From: Candidatus Obscuribacteraceae bacterium | GTDB lineage: Bacteria; Cyanobacteriota; Vampirovibrionia; Obscuribacterales; Obscuribacteraceae | Reading direction: 5' to 3' | NCBI GenBank assembly: GCA_044229845.1 | Contig: JBGASG010000005.1 | Coordinates: 64,001 to 128,000 of the forward strand | DNA: 64,000 nt | Part shown: piece after piece, positions 1 to 9,235 of the stretch | How the letters are laid out: each line of letters begins with the position of its first letter | How positions within the stretch are numbered: position 1 is the first letter of the stretch | The notes under the pieces: generated by a model | The model's database searches: none | What the model was told of the DNA's origin: nothing | Seen by the model: the letters and a program-made list of their open reading frames with translations, nothing else | Program-made: the position numbers and the translations under genes

Positions 1-220
1 CTCTGCTGGCAACTACACACGTTCCTGGTTGGCGCCAGATGGCAAACGATACTTTGAGCCGGTGGTCGATGTGACTGTGTATGACAACGGCAGTGTGTCA
101 TGGAGTACTATCGACAGGCACAGCGACCTACTCTGGCGGCGCACGGTCACCCTTGGTGGTAAGGACGACGGCGGGATACCGAGACCACTGCCTGCGTACC
201 TGAAATACAAGCTGGATTAA
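1..220 (+). CDS. 3' end of a hypothetical protein (partial at the left edge)
   Basis: Frame is open from base 2 to TAA at 218-220; no recognisable motif. Confidence 0.5.
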   Translation, partial: SAGNYTRSWLAPDGKRYFEPVVDVTVYDNGSVSWSTIDRHSDLLWRRTVTLGGKDDGGIPRPLPAYLKYKLD

Positions 221-338
221 TGAGTCACTTCATGGCTTTGGCGGCTTCGGTTTTGCCTCGCGACGGAAGGTTGGTATTGCTGCGCCGTGCTAAGTAGCAG
301 CAGAACGAGTATCGAAGTCAGTCGAGCCGGTCGCGACA

Positions 339-1769
339 TCACTGTGTGCCTCCTCGTCCTGAGTTCGCCAGCAGCTTGTCGAGATCGCTCAGCGTTTCCA
401 GGCGCTTCGTGATGATCTGCTCGGGCAGCCTGCCATTCTCGCGCAGGTGCTTTTCAAAACGTTTCTCACTGATCAAAGACTGTGTCGTCAGTGCAAATGA
501 CACTGCTGAACCTGCCGTGCTGGATATTGAGGCAGCGAAGTACGATGAGTTGCTGCCGCGCGGATGTTCTGCGGCCAGGTTGTAGGTGGCATTGGTGCTG
601 ACGATGTCGCCGCCCAGGTAGCTCAATGAAATGAGCGGACCCTGTATGTTGTTTTGCAGCGCGACTTTGCTCAGGTGGCGCAGTCCCTCTTCGCCTTCTT
701 TATAGTACTCGTCGTAGCGCTGGGACCAGACTGCCAGGAGTTCTGCACGTGAATGGGCACCGAAAGGACCCACCTGTTCGATGGAAGAGTTTTGCAGCAG
801 CGATTGCAATTGTGCCAACTGAATCTTGGCTTCTGGTTCGGGGTCGTAGATTTTTTCGTGCAGGTCGGCGCCGATCTTCTTATAAGCGCGGTTGTATAAA
901 ACCGTGTACGCCTTGGCGCTGACCGGCGCGCTGGCGATATAAAAACTGTCGGCGACCAGGCTGCTGATCACGGCTGGCTTTGCGGCTTGAATGCGGGTGA
1001 ATGATCGGATGGAACAGAGATACGCGGTGCCCACCAATGTGTTGGCGGTGACGTCCATCAAATAGTAAAGGCTGTTGCTCGCCTGATAGGCTTTGACGTC
1101 GGCGTAGACATCTGCAAACTCGTAAACGCACCAATCGCGAAACAACTTCAACACGCGGCCCTCGGCATGGCAAACCGCGAGGAGGTTATCGTCGGGGAGC
1201 TGGTGAATCAGCGTTTCGCGTTGGGCGGACAGTTGATCGATTTCTGCCAGGCGCCGCTTCACTTCATTTTTAACGGAGCCTGGATCTTTGTGTTGCACTT
1301 TGTTTTTGACTGCTGTGTAGCAGTTGGAACCGAATTCTATGGCCGAGCTGCCACCACCGAGGCAGGAACCGACGATGCCGACGCGGTACGACTTGATCAA
1401 GGGTCCGCGGCGCACGTTGGTGGGGTGTTTTAGATTACGTCCAGTCTCGACTATGGGGATAGTGGTGGCGGCGGCTCCGGCGGCGGTGCCGGCTTGTTGC
1501 AGCAGGAAGTATCGAGCGCGGCGCCAGCGCGGATCTTTGTGCCCCACCATCTTGTAGTTGAGGTAATAGCGCTCCAGATCGATCTCTTTGCGGACGATCT
1601 CGTTGGTGATTGTTGCGACTTTGTACTCGACATCGCTCAGTGCTTCTGCGCGTGTGCCCCCACACGAGATGAGGGCACACAGTGCAAATGCAATTGCAAC
1701 CAGTTTGAAATTAGGATTCCGGCGGGCACCGGGTATGGTGCGTCCGCGCTTGTAGCCTATGCGCACCAT
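339..1769 (-). CDS. Secreted/membrane-associated helical hypothetical protein (476 aa)
   Basis: Long ORF with basic N-terminus and signal-like segment (KLVAIAFALCALISCGGTRA-EA); ATG lies 1 bp after the Rieske gene stop. Confidence 0.75.
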   Translation of the reverse strand: MVRIGYKRGRTIPGARRNPNFKLVAIAFALCALISCGGTRAEALSDVEYKVATITNEIVRKEIDLERYYLNYKMVGHKDPRWRRARYFLLQQAGTAAGAAATTIPIVETGRNLKHPTNVRRGPLIKSYRVGIVGSCLGGGSSAIEFGSNCYTAVKNKVQHKDPGSVKNEVKRRLAEIDQLSAQRETLIHQLPDDNLLAVCHAEGRVLKLFRDWCVYEFADVYADVKAYQASNSLYYLMDVTANTLVGTAYLCSIRSFTRIQAAKPAVISSLVADSFYIASAPVSAKAYTVLYNRAYKKIGADLHEKIYDPEPEAKIQLAQLQSLLQNSSIEQVGPFGAHSRAELLAVWSQRYDEYYKEGEEGLRHLSKVALQNNIQGPLISLSYLGGDIVSTNATYNLAAEHPRGSNSSYFAASISSTAGSAVSFALTTQSLISEKRFEKHLRENGRLPEQIITKRLETLSDLDKLLANSGRGGTQ

Positions 1770-1770
1770 G

Positions 1771-2883
1771 TCAGTCCGGCAGCATGTACTTCACGACGAG
1801 TTTCTGGAACGAGAGAACAAGATGTTCGCTCTTCGGCAGGAAACGACCGCGATCTACGTAGCCGGATTTCAATCCTTTCTGTACGGAGTTGGTGAGTTCG
1901 TCGTCTTCATCGCCGACTTCTTTGTTGAACTCGATCAGGTCTTTGCGCCATTGCTCCGGTGCTTCCGGAGCGAAGTATTGCTCAGAAAAACCGTGCGCGC
2001 CATCGGGACCGTTCGGCAGCCAGATGTCAATCGACATGTTCGGGTACCCGGGATTGATGTTGATGGTGAAGTTCGGGAAGAAGAGGTGATACTGCGAAAT
2101 TTTGATTTCGCCGCGCGGATCGTACCCGGCTTTCTTCATGCCGGCTTCCAGTCCTTTAGCGCGGGCCGGTGCCATCTGGCTGAAGTGATACGGATAGTCC
2201 TTCAAGGCATAGTTGTCGGGATCGACGTCGATGACGGCGCTGAAACCGGGGTGAGCCACCGGGCAGTGGTAGCACTCGAGATAATTTTCGAGCATCACTT
2301 TCCAGTTGGAATCGGATGACCAGTCGGAGCGGCCGGCGAATTGCAAAGCGTTGATGTCCAGACCGCCGTCGGAGATCAGCTTAGGCAGATCTCCGAGGTA
2401 GTGGGCGAGCGGCTCCGCGTTTTCATCGCAGTTGACGAAGACCCACGGACCCCAGACATCTACTTTGACGCTGTAGAGTGAGAAGTCTGAGTGCTTGAAG
2501 TTGCCTTCCTTCTCGGCACGTGGTGCGCCTTTCAGCGAACCGTCCAGACCATAGGTCCAGGCGTGGTAACCACACTGCAAAATCTTGGTGGTGCCGCAGC
2601 CTTTGGCGACTTCGTGCCGACGGTGGCGACAGACGTTGACGAATCCTGCCAGTCCGTCGGCATTTCGCACGACCACTACCGGAACTTCGCCGACGTAGCC
2701 GGAGACGAAGTCGCCGACTTTCTCGAGTTGTGCGGTGCGGCAGAAGTATTGCCACGTCTTGCGGAAGATGCGTTCCTTCTCAAGATCGGTAACTTCCTGC
2801 GTGGTGTACCAGGAGGCTGGCAGCGACCAGCCGGCGTCGATGTCCGCCAGGATTTGGTCCTTTTCACGGGTGAGAACTTGCAT
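1771..2883 (-). CDS. Rieske non-heme iron oxygenase alpha subunit (choline monooxygenase/CntA-like)
   Basis: Rieske motif CRH...CGYHAW; catalytic motif NWKVMLENYLECYHCPVAHP; C-terminal ED...VQKGL. Confidence 0.92.
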   Translation of the reverse strand: MQVLTREKDQILADIDAGWSLPASWYTTQEVTDLEKERIFRKTWQYFCRTAQLEKVGDFVSGYVGEVPVVVVRNADGLAGFVNVCRHRRHEVAKGCGTTKILQCGYHAWTYGLDGSLKGAPRAEKEGNFKHSDFSLYSVKVDVWGPWVFVNCDENAEPLAHYLGDLPKLISDGGLDINALQFAGRSDWSSDSNWKVMLENYLECYHCPVAHPGFSAVIDVDPDNYALKDYPYHFSQMAPARAKGLEAGMKKAGYDPRGEIKISQYHLFFPNFTININPGYPNMSIDIWLPNGPDGAHGFSEQYFAPEAPEQWRKDLIEFNKEVGDEDDELTNSVQKGLKSGYVDRGRFLPKSEHLVLSFQKLVVKYMLPD

Positions 2884-2987
2884 GTCGTGTACCTCTCTTG
2901 CGTTTCTGACTTTGATCGGGTTCTGAGTGACTTATATTTTCAGTTTGGAACTGGGGTTTCCTGACGTTAGCTTTTGGCCGGATTTAA

Positions 2988-4298
2988 TTAATTCACATTG
3001 GTCTGATTAGAGGATGAGGTGGCTTCGGAGACTGGCTCTGGAACTGGGTCGGGGATGGTTCCGTTGGCCGAGTCGTTGGCGGAATCAGGCGCGTGCACGG
3101 GCGTTTCTTTTGGTCCGAAAAGAAACATCGGAACGCACACTACAAACAGACCGCTCATAATCAGCAACACGTAGTGGAGTTGGAGTTTGTGCGATGCGTC
3201 GGTGACGAACTCCACATACCAGTCGGCGCCGGCCATGCCCAGCGAGTAAGCAAGGTTGTAGACGGCGTATGCAATGGCGTACGAAGTCGAGCCGCGGCGG
3301 TCGACGGCGTTGCCCAGTTCGGCTGATGTGGGGTTGAGGGTAAACGCGTAGGCGATGCTGATCGAGCAGAGAACCACACTGGCGAGAATCATATTTGGTG
3401 TGAAGGCGAGCAGCGGCATGGCGATGGCGGTCAGCACCAGTCCGAGCACGGTGGTGTGGCGCACGCCGAGCCGGTCTGAGACCCATGCCACCACCGGTGC
3501 CATAAAGGCATAAATCAAGTTAGAAACGGTGAATAGCGCGCCGATGGCCGTCGGTGTCGCCTGAGAGACGTGCTTGACGTGCATGGGAAAAATCGGCTCC
3601 ATGAGAGCCCAGCTGGCGGCGGCAAGAGCCACTGCGAACGCAGCGGCGATCACACTTTTGTCGGTGACGATGCCGCCCAGTTCAGCGAAGACTTCCTTCC
3701 ACGGCTTTCCTGCTTCAGTAGGCCGATGGCTGGGAATCAAGAGGAAACTGGCAATTGCGTTGACTGCCACCAGTGCGATGGCGACGTAGAACGCGGCGGA
3801 GTACCCGCCCATGTCAAATAGCTTGCCGCCTACGAGTGGCCCTAAAACTGATCCGGTGGTCCCCCCGAGCATGGCGATGCCCATGGCGCCGACGCGGTTT
3901 TCGACGAAATACTCGGCAACCAGAGCCAGCCCGGCGGTCCATGTGCAGGCGGCGGCGGCTCCTTCTGCAAAGCGCGCCGCATACAGAACGGTTTGATTGC
4001 TCCCCATCCAGAATAAGCTGGTGGCGACGAGCAGAAGCGACACGCCGAGCAGCATCGGATTTCGTCTGCCGATGCGGTCTGTGATGATGCCGAGAATGGG
4101 GGTGGCGATGATCAGACCCAAGGCGTACCCGCCGTACAACATGCTGAGCACCGACTCGTCTTCGATGTGGGCGGGCGAAACCGGGATCAGCGGCGCCACC
4201 ATTCCGTAGACGTAGTAATCGACGAAGAGCGCGAACGAAACGATGACGAGCACCGTTCGTGGCGAATGCCGCAACTTGTCAAGCAAAGCGATTGACAT
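2988..4298 (-). CDS. MFS transporter, DHA1/SLC18 (vesicular amine transporter)-like
   Basis: About 12 hydrophobic segments; motif A GIITDRIGRR and second-half WVSDRLGVR; ATG at 4298 chosen. Confidence 0.88.
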   Translation of the reverse strand: MSIALLDKLRHSPRTVLVIVSFALFVDYYVYGMVAPLIPVSPAHIEDESVLSMLYGGYALGLIIATPILGIITDRIGRRNPMLLGVSLLLVATSLFWMGSNQTVLYAARFAEGAAAACTWTAGLALVAEYFVENRVGAMGIAMLGGTTGSVLGPLVGGKLFDMGGYSAAFYVAIALVAVNAIASFLLIPSHRPTEAGKPWKEVFAELGGIVTDKSVIAAAFAVALAAASWALMEPIFPMHVKHVSQATPTAIGALFTVSNLIYAFMAPVVAWVSDRLGVRHTTVLGLVLTAIAMPLLAFTPNMILASVVLCSISIAYAFTLNPTSAELGNAVDRRGSTSYAIAYAVYNLAYSLGMAGADWYVEFVTDASHKLQLHYVLLIMSGLFVVCVPMFLFGPKETPVHAPDSANDSANGTIPDPVPEPVSEATSSSNQTNVN

Positions 4299-4395
4299 AG
4301 CCTTGTCTATCAAAAGACGCGTAAGCGAAAGCCGGAATTATATCGCCTTTATAGCAACATATGGTCTAAAGTCAGCACGAAACTGCCCTCGGACC

Positions 4396-4856
4396 CTATC
4401 CACAAAGTGCGGATGCTTGACATTGGTTTTGCCCGCGCTTCTTGTTCTCGTTTCTCGCGACGTAGCGCTTGTACCAGCGCATGGTGGCGGGAGTTTGATT
4501 CCAGTCTTCCGCCTTGCTGCCTAGCACCTTCGCGAGAGGCTTCCGCGGCGGATGAAGACTTTTACGTCTTCATCGACAATAGCGATCTGGCTGGGTCCGA
4601 TGTAATTTACGCGCCGCCCGACGTCAGGGGCAACGCACCAGAAGCTGGGAGCAATATCTGCGCGGGCGGGTGCAGCCGACAGCAAAGCTAAGGCAAGCGC
4701 CGCAAGCAGACTGACCACTGCCACCGCCAGTAATGCCAGCAGGAGATCGGCTAAATAGGTCATGACAGCACAACGATGCGACGTCAGCAAGACCGAGCGA
4801 TGCGACATCGATGTGGAGCGGGAAACGGCTGAGGTGACAACGCGACTGTACTTCAT
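4396..4856 (-). pseudogene. Truncated, probably internally deleted paralog of the 4903-6186 gene
   Basis: Signal peptide + ADIAP...IGPSQIAIVDEDVKVFI matches ADIAP...IGPTQVDILSEDVRVFV of the neighbour, then stops at 4521; a shifted frame gives MRWYKRYV, resembling the neighbour's C-terminal YKKWIKKYA. Confidence 0.65.
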
Positions 4857-4902
4857 GCCTCTAAAGTATCATCGCGAGCACCGCAAGTAGCCTGGATTTA
4901 CC

Positions 4903-6186
4903 CTAGTGACTGCCGCGGGCACGCACTGGTGCCGTCGCAGGCTTGATACGCGTTGCCACGACCGGCACAGCGTACTTCTTAATCCACTTCTTGTACGCAT
5001 TCAGTTCATCTTGGGTGTAGTAAAAAGATTCCGGTGGCTTGATCAGCTTGTTGAACAGGGCGATCATTTGTTTGGCGTTCTTTTGGTTGCCGGTGGAATC
5101 GCAATAGGTCACCCACGCCTTGCGCATGGAGTCGACAGCATCGGTGGCTGTGGTCTTTGTATTTGGTTTGTGATTCAACAAGTACAGGCGATATAGCGCC
5201 AGCTGTTTGTCATATCGCCCCTGGTGCGCGTATACGTTGCCCATGTCGGCGATTATGGTGGCGTTGCTCGGATGTTTCGTTGCTAACTTCTGATAGATGC
5301 TGAGTAAGCGCGTATTGGTGCAGGAAGGCATGTATTTGATCCGGACGTCCATCCGGTCTCTGTGCCATTCGTTGTAATCCTGCCTGGGGTCGCAATTCCA
5401 AACCAGGGTGGTGTTATTCACCACATGTGGTGCTGGTTTTGTCTCAATAATGTTGTCAACCGTTAATCCACTCTGGAGAATCAGCGTCAGCTTTCTGGGA
5501 TGCGCATTCGAACGCCATAACTCTTCTCTGTAGAAAGAATAGTTAATTTCGTCGAGCGGCATCTCCACGGATTTCTTCTCTGCCTCGTCCTGCCATTCCT
5601 TTTGGGATTCGTATCCTGGTGGTATCGCAACCCAAGACTGAGCATAGTGGGTTGCGCGATGACCAACTTTAGTTGTGACTTCCAGCGTCAGCGTTTGACC
5701 AGGATTGAACTTGAGCGGCCATCCTTCCCACCGCGCGGTTTTGTAGCGGTCATACTCATTCATTTCCAGAGGTCTGTTGGGATCGAATGAATCCACCTTC
5801 TTGACCATACCGTTCATCTTCACGATGAAGTAATGGTCTTCTGGGTAGGATGTGTATTTGCCCTGGTCAGGAACCGACACCTGCGTCAACGCAGTCTTGC
5901 CGTAGTTGTGCAGAACATACTTGGTTTTAATAACGCAGTCGCTTGTTTTGTTGACGAATACCCGCACGTCCTCACTGAGAATATCAACCTGAGTCGGACC
6001 AATGTCCTTCCGATACAGGGACTGATTTTGAATGACCGTGGGCGGTGCAATATCTGCGTGTGCCGGCAGTGCGAACAGCAGCACTGCAGGTAATGCGGAC
6101 AGCAAAGCCGTCGCTATTGCGGAGTGCAATGCAACAGATAATAAAGACGCTAACGCAATCGAGGATGCGGCGAGCCAATTCTTCAT
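4903..6186 (-). CDS. Secreted protein, DUF4424-like beta-rich N-domain plus TPR-like helical C-terminus
   Basis: Long signal peptide ending PAHA-D; SEDVRV...YVLHN...LKFNPGQT pattern; TPR-like DMGNVYAHQGRYDKQLALYRLYL. Confidence 0.7.
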   Translation of the reverse strand: MKNWLAASSIALASLLSVALHSAIATALLSALPAVLLFALPAHADIAPPTVIQNQSLYRKDIGPTQVDILSEDVRVFVNKTSDCVIKTKYVLHNYGKTALTQVSVPDQGKYTSYPEDHYFIVKMNGMVKKVDSFDPNRPLEMNEYDRYKTARWEGWPLKFNPGQTLTLEVTTKVGHRATHYAQSWVAIPPGYESQKEWQDEAEKKSVEMPLDEINYSFYREELWRSNAHPRKLTLILQSGLTVDNIIETKPAPHVVNNTTLVWNCDPRQDYNEWHRDRMDVRIKYMPSCTNTRLLSIYQKLATKHPSNATIIADMGNVYAHQGRYDKQLALYRLYLLNHKPNTKTTATDAVDSMRKAWVTYCDSTGNQKNAKQMIALFNKLIKPPESFYYTQDELNAYKKWIKKYAVPVVATRIKPATAPVRARGSH

Positions 6187-6297
6187 GTATTTAAGGTATC
6201 ACCGTCCATCTCACGTGGCAGTTGGGTTTACCCTGACCTCTCGCTAGGCTTCGGCCGGACACGTCCAGGTCGGACGTGAAGGTCGGTATTTCGGGAG

Positions 6298-6407
6298 TGA
6301 GCAAATTTGCTACTTCTGAGAGGTTCAAATGAGCAATCCTGCTCGCGGACGCTCGATTTAATGTTTTTTCGAACTTGCGAGACCCCCTAAATGAGCAATT
6401 TTGCTCA
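6298..6407. promoter_or_regulatory. Three palindromic sites, consensus TGAGCAAwwTTGCTCA
   Basis: TGAGCAAATTTGCTAC (6298), TGAGCAATCCTGCTCG (6330), TGAGCAATTTTGCTCA (6392). Confidence 0.6.
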
Positions 6408-6484
6408 CGCCCAAATTTGGTGCGGTGTGGAGCCTGCTTGCGGGAGGCCGAGCGGAGTGTGGGATGGTCGTTCGAGACACGGAT

Positions 6485-6526
6485 AGAAGAAGGGCGACCC
6501 GCCAACAGACGGATCGCCCTTCCTTT
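6485..6526 (-). terminator. Intrinsic terminator after the sigma factor gene
   Basis: GAAGGGCGACCCG / CGGATCGCCCTTC stem with short T-rich flanks. Confidence 0.65.
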
Positions 6527-6583
6527 ATGTGCGCTGCGCTTGCGCGCATGCGCGTGGTGTATGTACATGAACTGCTGAATGCC

Positions 6584-7600
6584 TTATGCCAGGTATTCTT
6601 TCAGACCGAGAAGCGACTGGTTGTTACGCAGTTTCTTCATAGCCTTGAATTCGATCTGGCGGACTCTTTCACGCGAGTAACCCAGGATTTTCCCGGATTC
6701 TTCTAGAGTCAGCGGCCGTCCGTTCGCAAGCCCGAATCGCAGCTTGATCACTTCGCGTTCTTGCGGCGCGAGCGTTTGCAGGAGTCGGTTGATATCGCGA
6801 GTCAGAAGTTCGCTTGTGGCGTTTTCTTCCGGCTTGGCTGCGCTTTCATCCTCGAGCATTTCCCCGAGAGTGGCTTCGAAACCTTCGCGATAGACGTTGT
6901 CCAGCGACAGGAGGTTCTTGGAAGCTCCCATGATTTGCAGGAGCTTGTCCTTCTCCAGATTCGACGCTTCGGCGATTTCTTCAACCGTCGGAGCGCGTCC
7001 GAGTTTTTCTCGCAGTTGTCGCACGACTTTGTACATCTTGCTCAGTCGTTCGTTCATATGAACCGGCACGCGAATTGCGCGCGACTTGTCGGCAAGCGCT
7101 CGAGTGATTGCTTGTCGAATCCACCAGGTGGCATAGGTCGAGAACTTGAATCCCTTCTCCGGGTCGAACTTTTCAGTCGCCCGCATCAGTCCCATGCTTC
7201 CTTCTTGAATCAAATCGAGGAACGTGAGCCCACGATTTGTGTATCGGCGCGCGATCGACACAACCAATCGCAAGTTCGATTGGATGAGGCGTTGCCGCGC
7301 ACGCTCGTCACCAGTACGAGCGGCCCGAGCCAGTTCAATTTCTTCTTTTCCGGTGAGCAAGCGGTGACGTCCGATTTCTCTCAAATAAGTCTTGGTCGAA
7401 TCTTCCGACAGAGGATTCTTTTCCGCAGCTTCGAGTTCGGTTTCGTCAAACTCTTGCTCGTCCGAATCTGCCGCCGGGCCCTCGTGCGTGTCCCAGGCGT
7501 CAGCAAGTTCGTCAGGAAAAACGATCAACTCGTTGGAGTTTTCGTTATCCCATTCGTTCTTATTTTTAGTGGCAGTGTTGCCTTGCTTTCGTCTAGCCAT
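6584..7600 (-). CDS. RNA polymerase sigma-70 factor, RpoD/SigA family (group 1 or 2)
   Basis: Region 1.2 [12 protein letters not shown]; region 2 [12 protein letters not shown]...DLIQEG...[19 protein letters not shown]; region 4 TLEE...SRERVRQIE. Confidence 0.96.
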   Translation of the reverse strand: MARRKQGNTATKNKNEWDNENSNELIVFPDELADAWDTHEGPAADSDEQEFDETELEAAEKNPLSEDSTKTYLREIGRHRLLTGKEEIELARAARTGDERARQRLIQSNLRLVVSIARRYTNRGLTFLDLIQEGSMGLMRATEKFDPEKGFKFSTYATWWIRQAITRALADKSRAIRVPVHMNERLSKMYKVVRQLREKLGRAPTVEEIAEASNLEKDKLLQIMGASKNLLSLDNVYREGFEATLGEMLEDESAAKPEENATSELLTRDINRLLQTLAPQEREVIKLRFGLANGRPLTLEESGKILGYSRERVRQIEFKAMKKLRNNQSLLGLKEYLA

Positions 7601-7901
7601 GGTGACACCTATCTATGGTTACCTTTTTGTTCGTTTCTAATTTAGTTGTGTCTGACAGATTTCCAGGTCACTGTTAGTGGTCCAGATAACTGTCCCATTC
7701 GAGTGTTGTGCGCATTTCTTTGTCTGAGCAACAAGACGTAATTCACGCCTGGCTGTTTCTCAAAAAAGCAGATACGTTCCAAACGCCGTGCTGACGCCAA
7801 AAATCGGCGACAACACCCGAATGGACAGATGATTTCCCTTCGTCGTCTAGTTGGATCGACGGAGCTGGGACGCTCTAGTTCCCGGGGAACGCCGTCTTAA
7901 T

Positions 7902-9101
7902 CTAGTCTTTCGAATTGCCACCGGGCGCGGTGGCGGCTGTCTGCTGCTGTTCTATCGGTTGAGTCTTTTGAGATGAAATTTGCTGCCCGTTCGACTCGGC
8001 AGCAGAGGCATCATCATTTCCCAACCAGCCCCTCGATTTAAAGTATAGCAGAGCTGTCAAGGCCGACGCCACCATCAGGAAAAGCGCCATGGGATATCCA
8101 TACGTCCAGTTGAGCTCAGGCATGTTGAATGCTGAGACTGCGGGATTAAAATTCATCCCGTAGATCCCGGCAACTAATGTTGGTGCCATGATGGCAGCAG
8201 TGATGATCGTCAGCGTTTTCATCACTTCGTTCATGCGATTACTGACGTTGCTCAGGTGCAAATCCATCAAATCTTGTGAATATTCTCGTGACGTTTCTAC
8301 AAGATCCATTATTCGCAAAACATGGTCGTAGCAGTCGCGCAAATGGAATTGCGTTTCTTCCGTGATCATCGGCATTTTGTCGCGATACAGGCCGGCGACG
8401 GCATCTCGCAGGGGCCACACCGCTCGCCTGATTGAGATAATGTCGCGTTTTATCGCGTGTATCTGCTTCGCGTTGTTCTTCGAACTCTTCTCGAAAATTT
8501 TGTCTTCCAGCTCGTCCAATTTCTCCCCATATTTCTCCAACACGGGAAAATATGAATCGCAAACCGTATCAATAATCGCGTAGAGCAGATAATCCGGACC
8601 CATGGTGCGAATCATCCCCCACGACTTGCGCAGCCGGTCACGCAGCGGATCCAGCACGTCGCCGCCGGGCATTTCCTGAAAAGTAATGATGTAATTTTTG
8701 CCGAGAAACATACTCAGCTGTTCCGTGTCCGGCGCCATGCCGGGAATGGGCATGCGCATGACGGCGAAGATTTGTTCGGGATAAATATCCACTTTGGCGC
8801 GCTGCACCGGATGCAAGACATCTTCCAACGCCAGGTGGTGGAGATTAAATACGTCGCCAATCTCATCTATTGCCTTGGCGTCGCCGAGTCCGTCCACATT
8901 CAGCCAGAGCACGGGCTGTTTGCCGACCAACCCGACAATCTGTTTTGCATCGCTGATCGGCATCTCTTGGAAAACATCCGGACTATATGCGATCAGGGAC
9001 ATCTCCGGCTTGGGCGCACAAGGATCGGCGGTGAGAATCTCAGGTGGTGTTGCTGGTAACCCGGCAAAAGCGCGACGGCGGCGGCGTTTCTTTTTTGCCA
9101 T
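7902..9101 (-). CDS. corA: Magnesium/cobalt transporter CorA
   Basis: WLNVDGL, LHHLALED, QRAKVD, MNEVMKTLT, GIYGMNF signature, MPELNW, two C-terminal TMs. Confidence 0.96.
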   Translation of the reverse strand: MAKKKRRRRRAFAGLPATPPEILTADPCAPKPEMSLIAYSPDVFQEMPISDAKQIVGLVGKQPVLWLNVDGLGDAKAIDEIGDVFNLHHLALEDVLHPVQRAKVDIYPEQIFAVMRMPIPGMAPDTEQLSMFLGKNYIITFQEMPGGDVLDPLRDRLRKSWGMIRTMGPDYLLYAIIDTVCDSYFPVLEKYGEKLDELEDKIFEKSSKNNAKQIHAIKRDIISIRRAVWPLRDAVAGLYRDKMPMITEETQFHLRDCYDHVLRIMDLVETSREYSQDLMDLHLSNVSNRMNEVMKTLTIITAAIMAPTLVAGIYGMNFNPAVSAFNMPELNWTYGYPMALFLMVASALTALLYFKSRGWLGNDDASAAESNGQQISSQKTQPIEQQQTAATAPGGNSKD

Positions 9102-9235
9102 GCAATTGGCAACCTCTTGCGTGCAGTAGGTAAATCCTGCTCAATATGGGCGCCTAGCTTAACCCAGCGGCGAGTTGGATGTATGGAAGTAAGGTAATCT
9201 GTCATCAGGTGTTCAACACTGACTGGAGATTTGGA

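Noticed and set aside
6761..7645. 294-aa ORF antisense to the sigma factor
   Set aside because: Shadow ORF opposite a conserved gene; no motif, explained by codon bias
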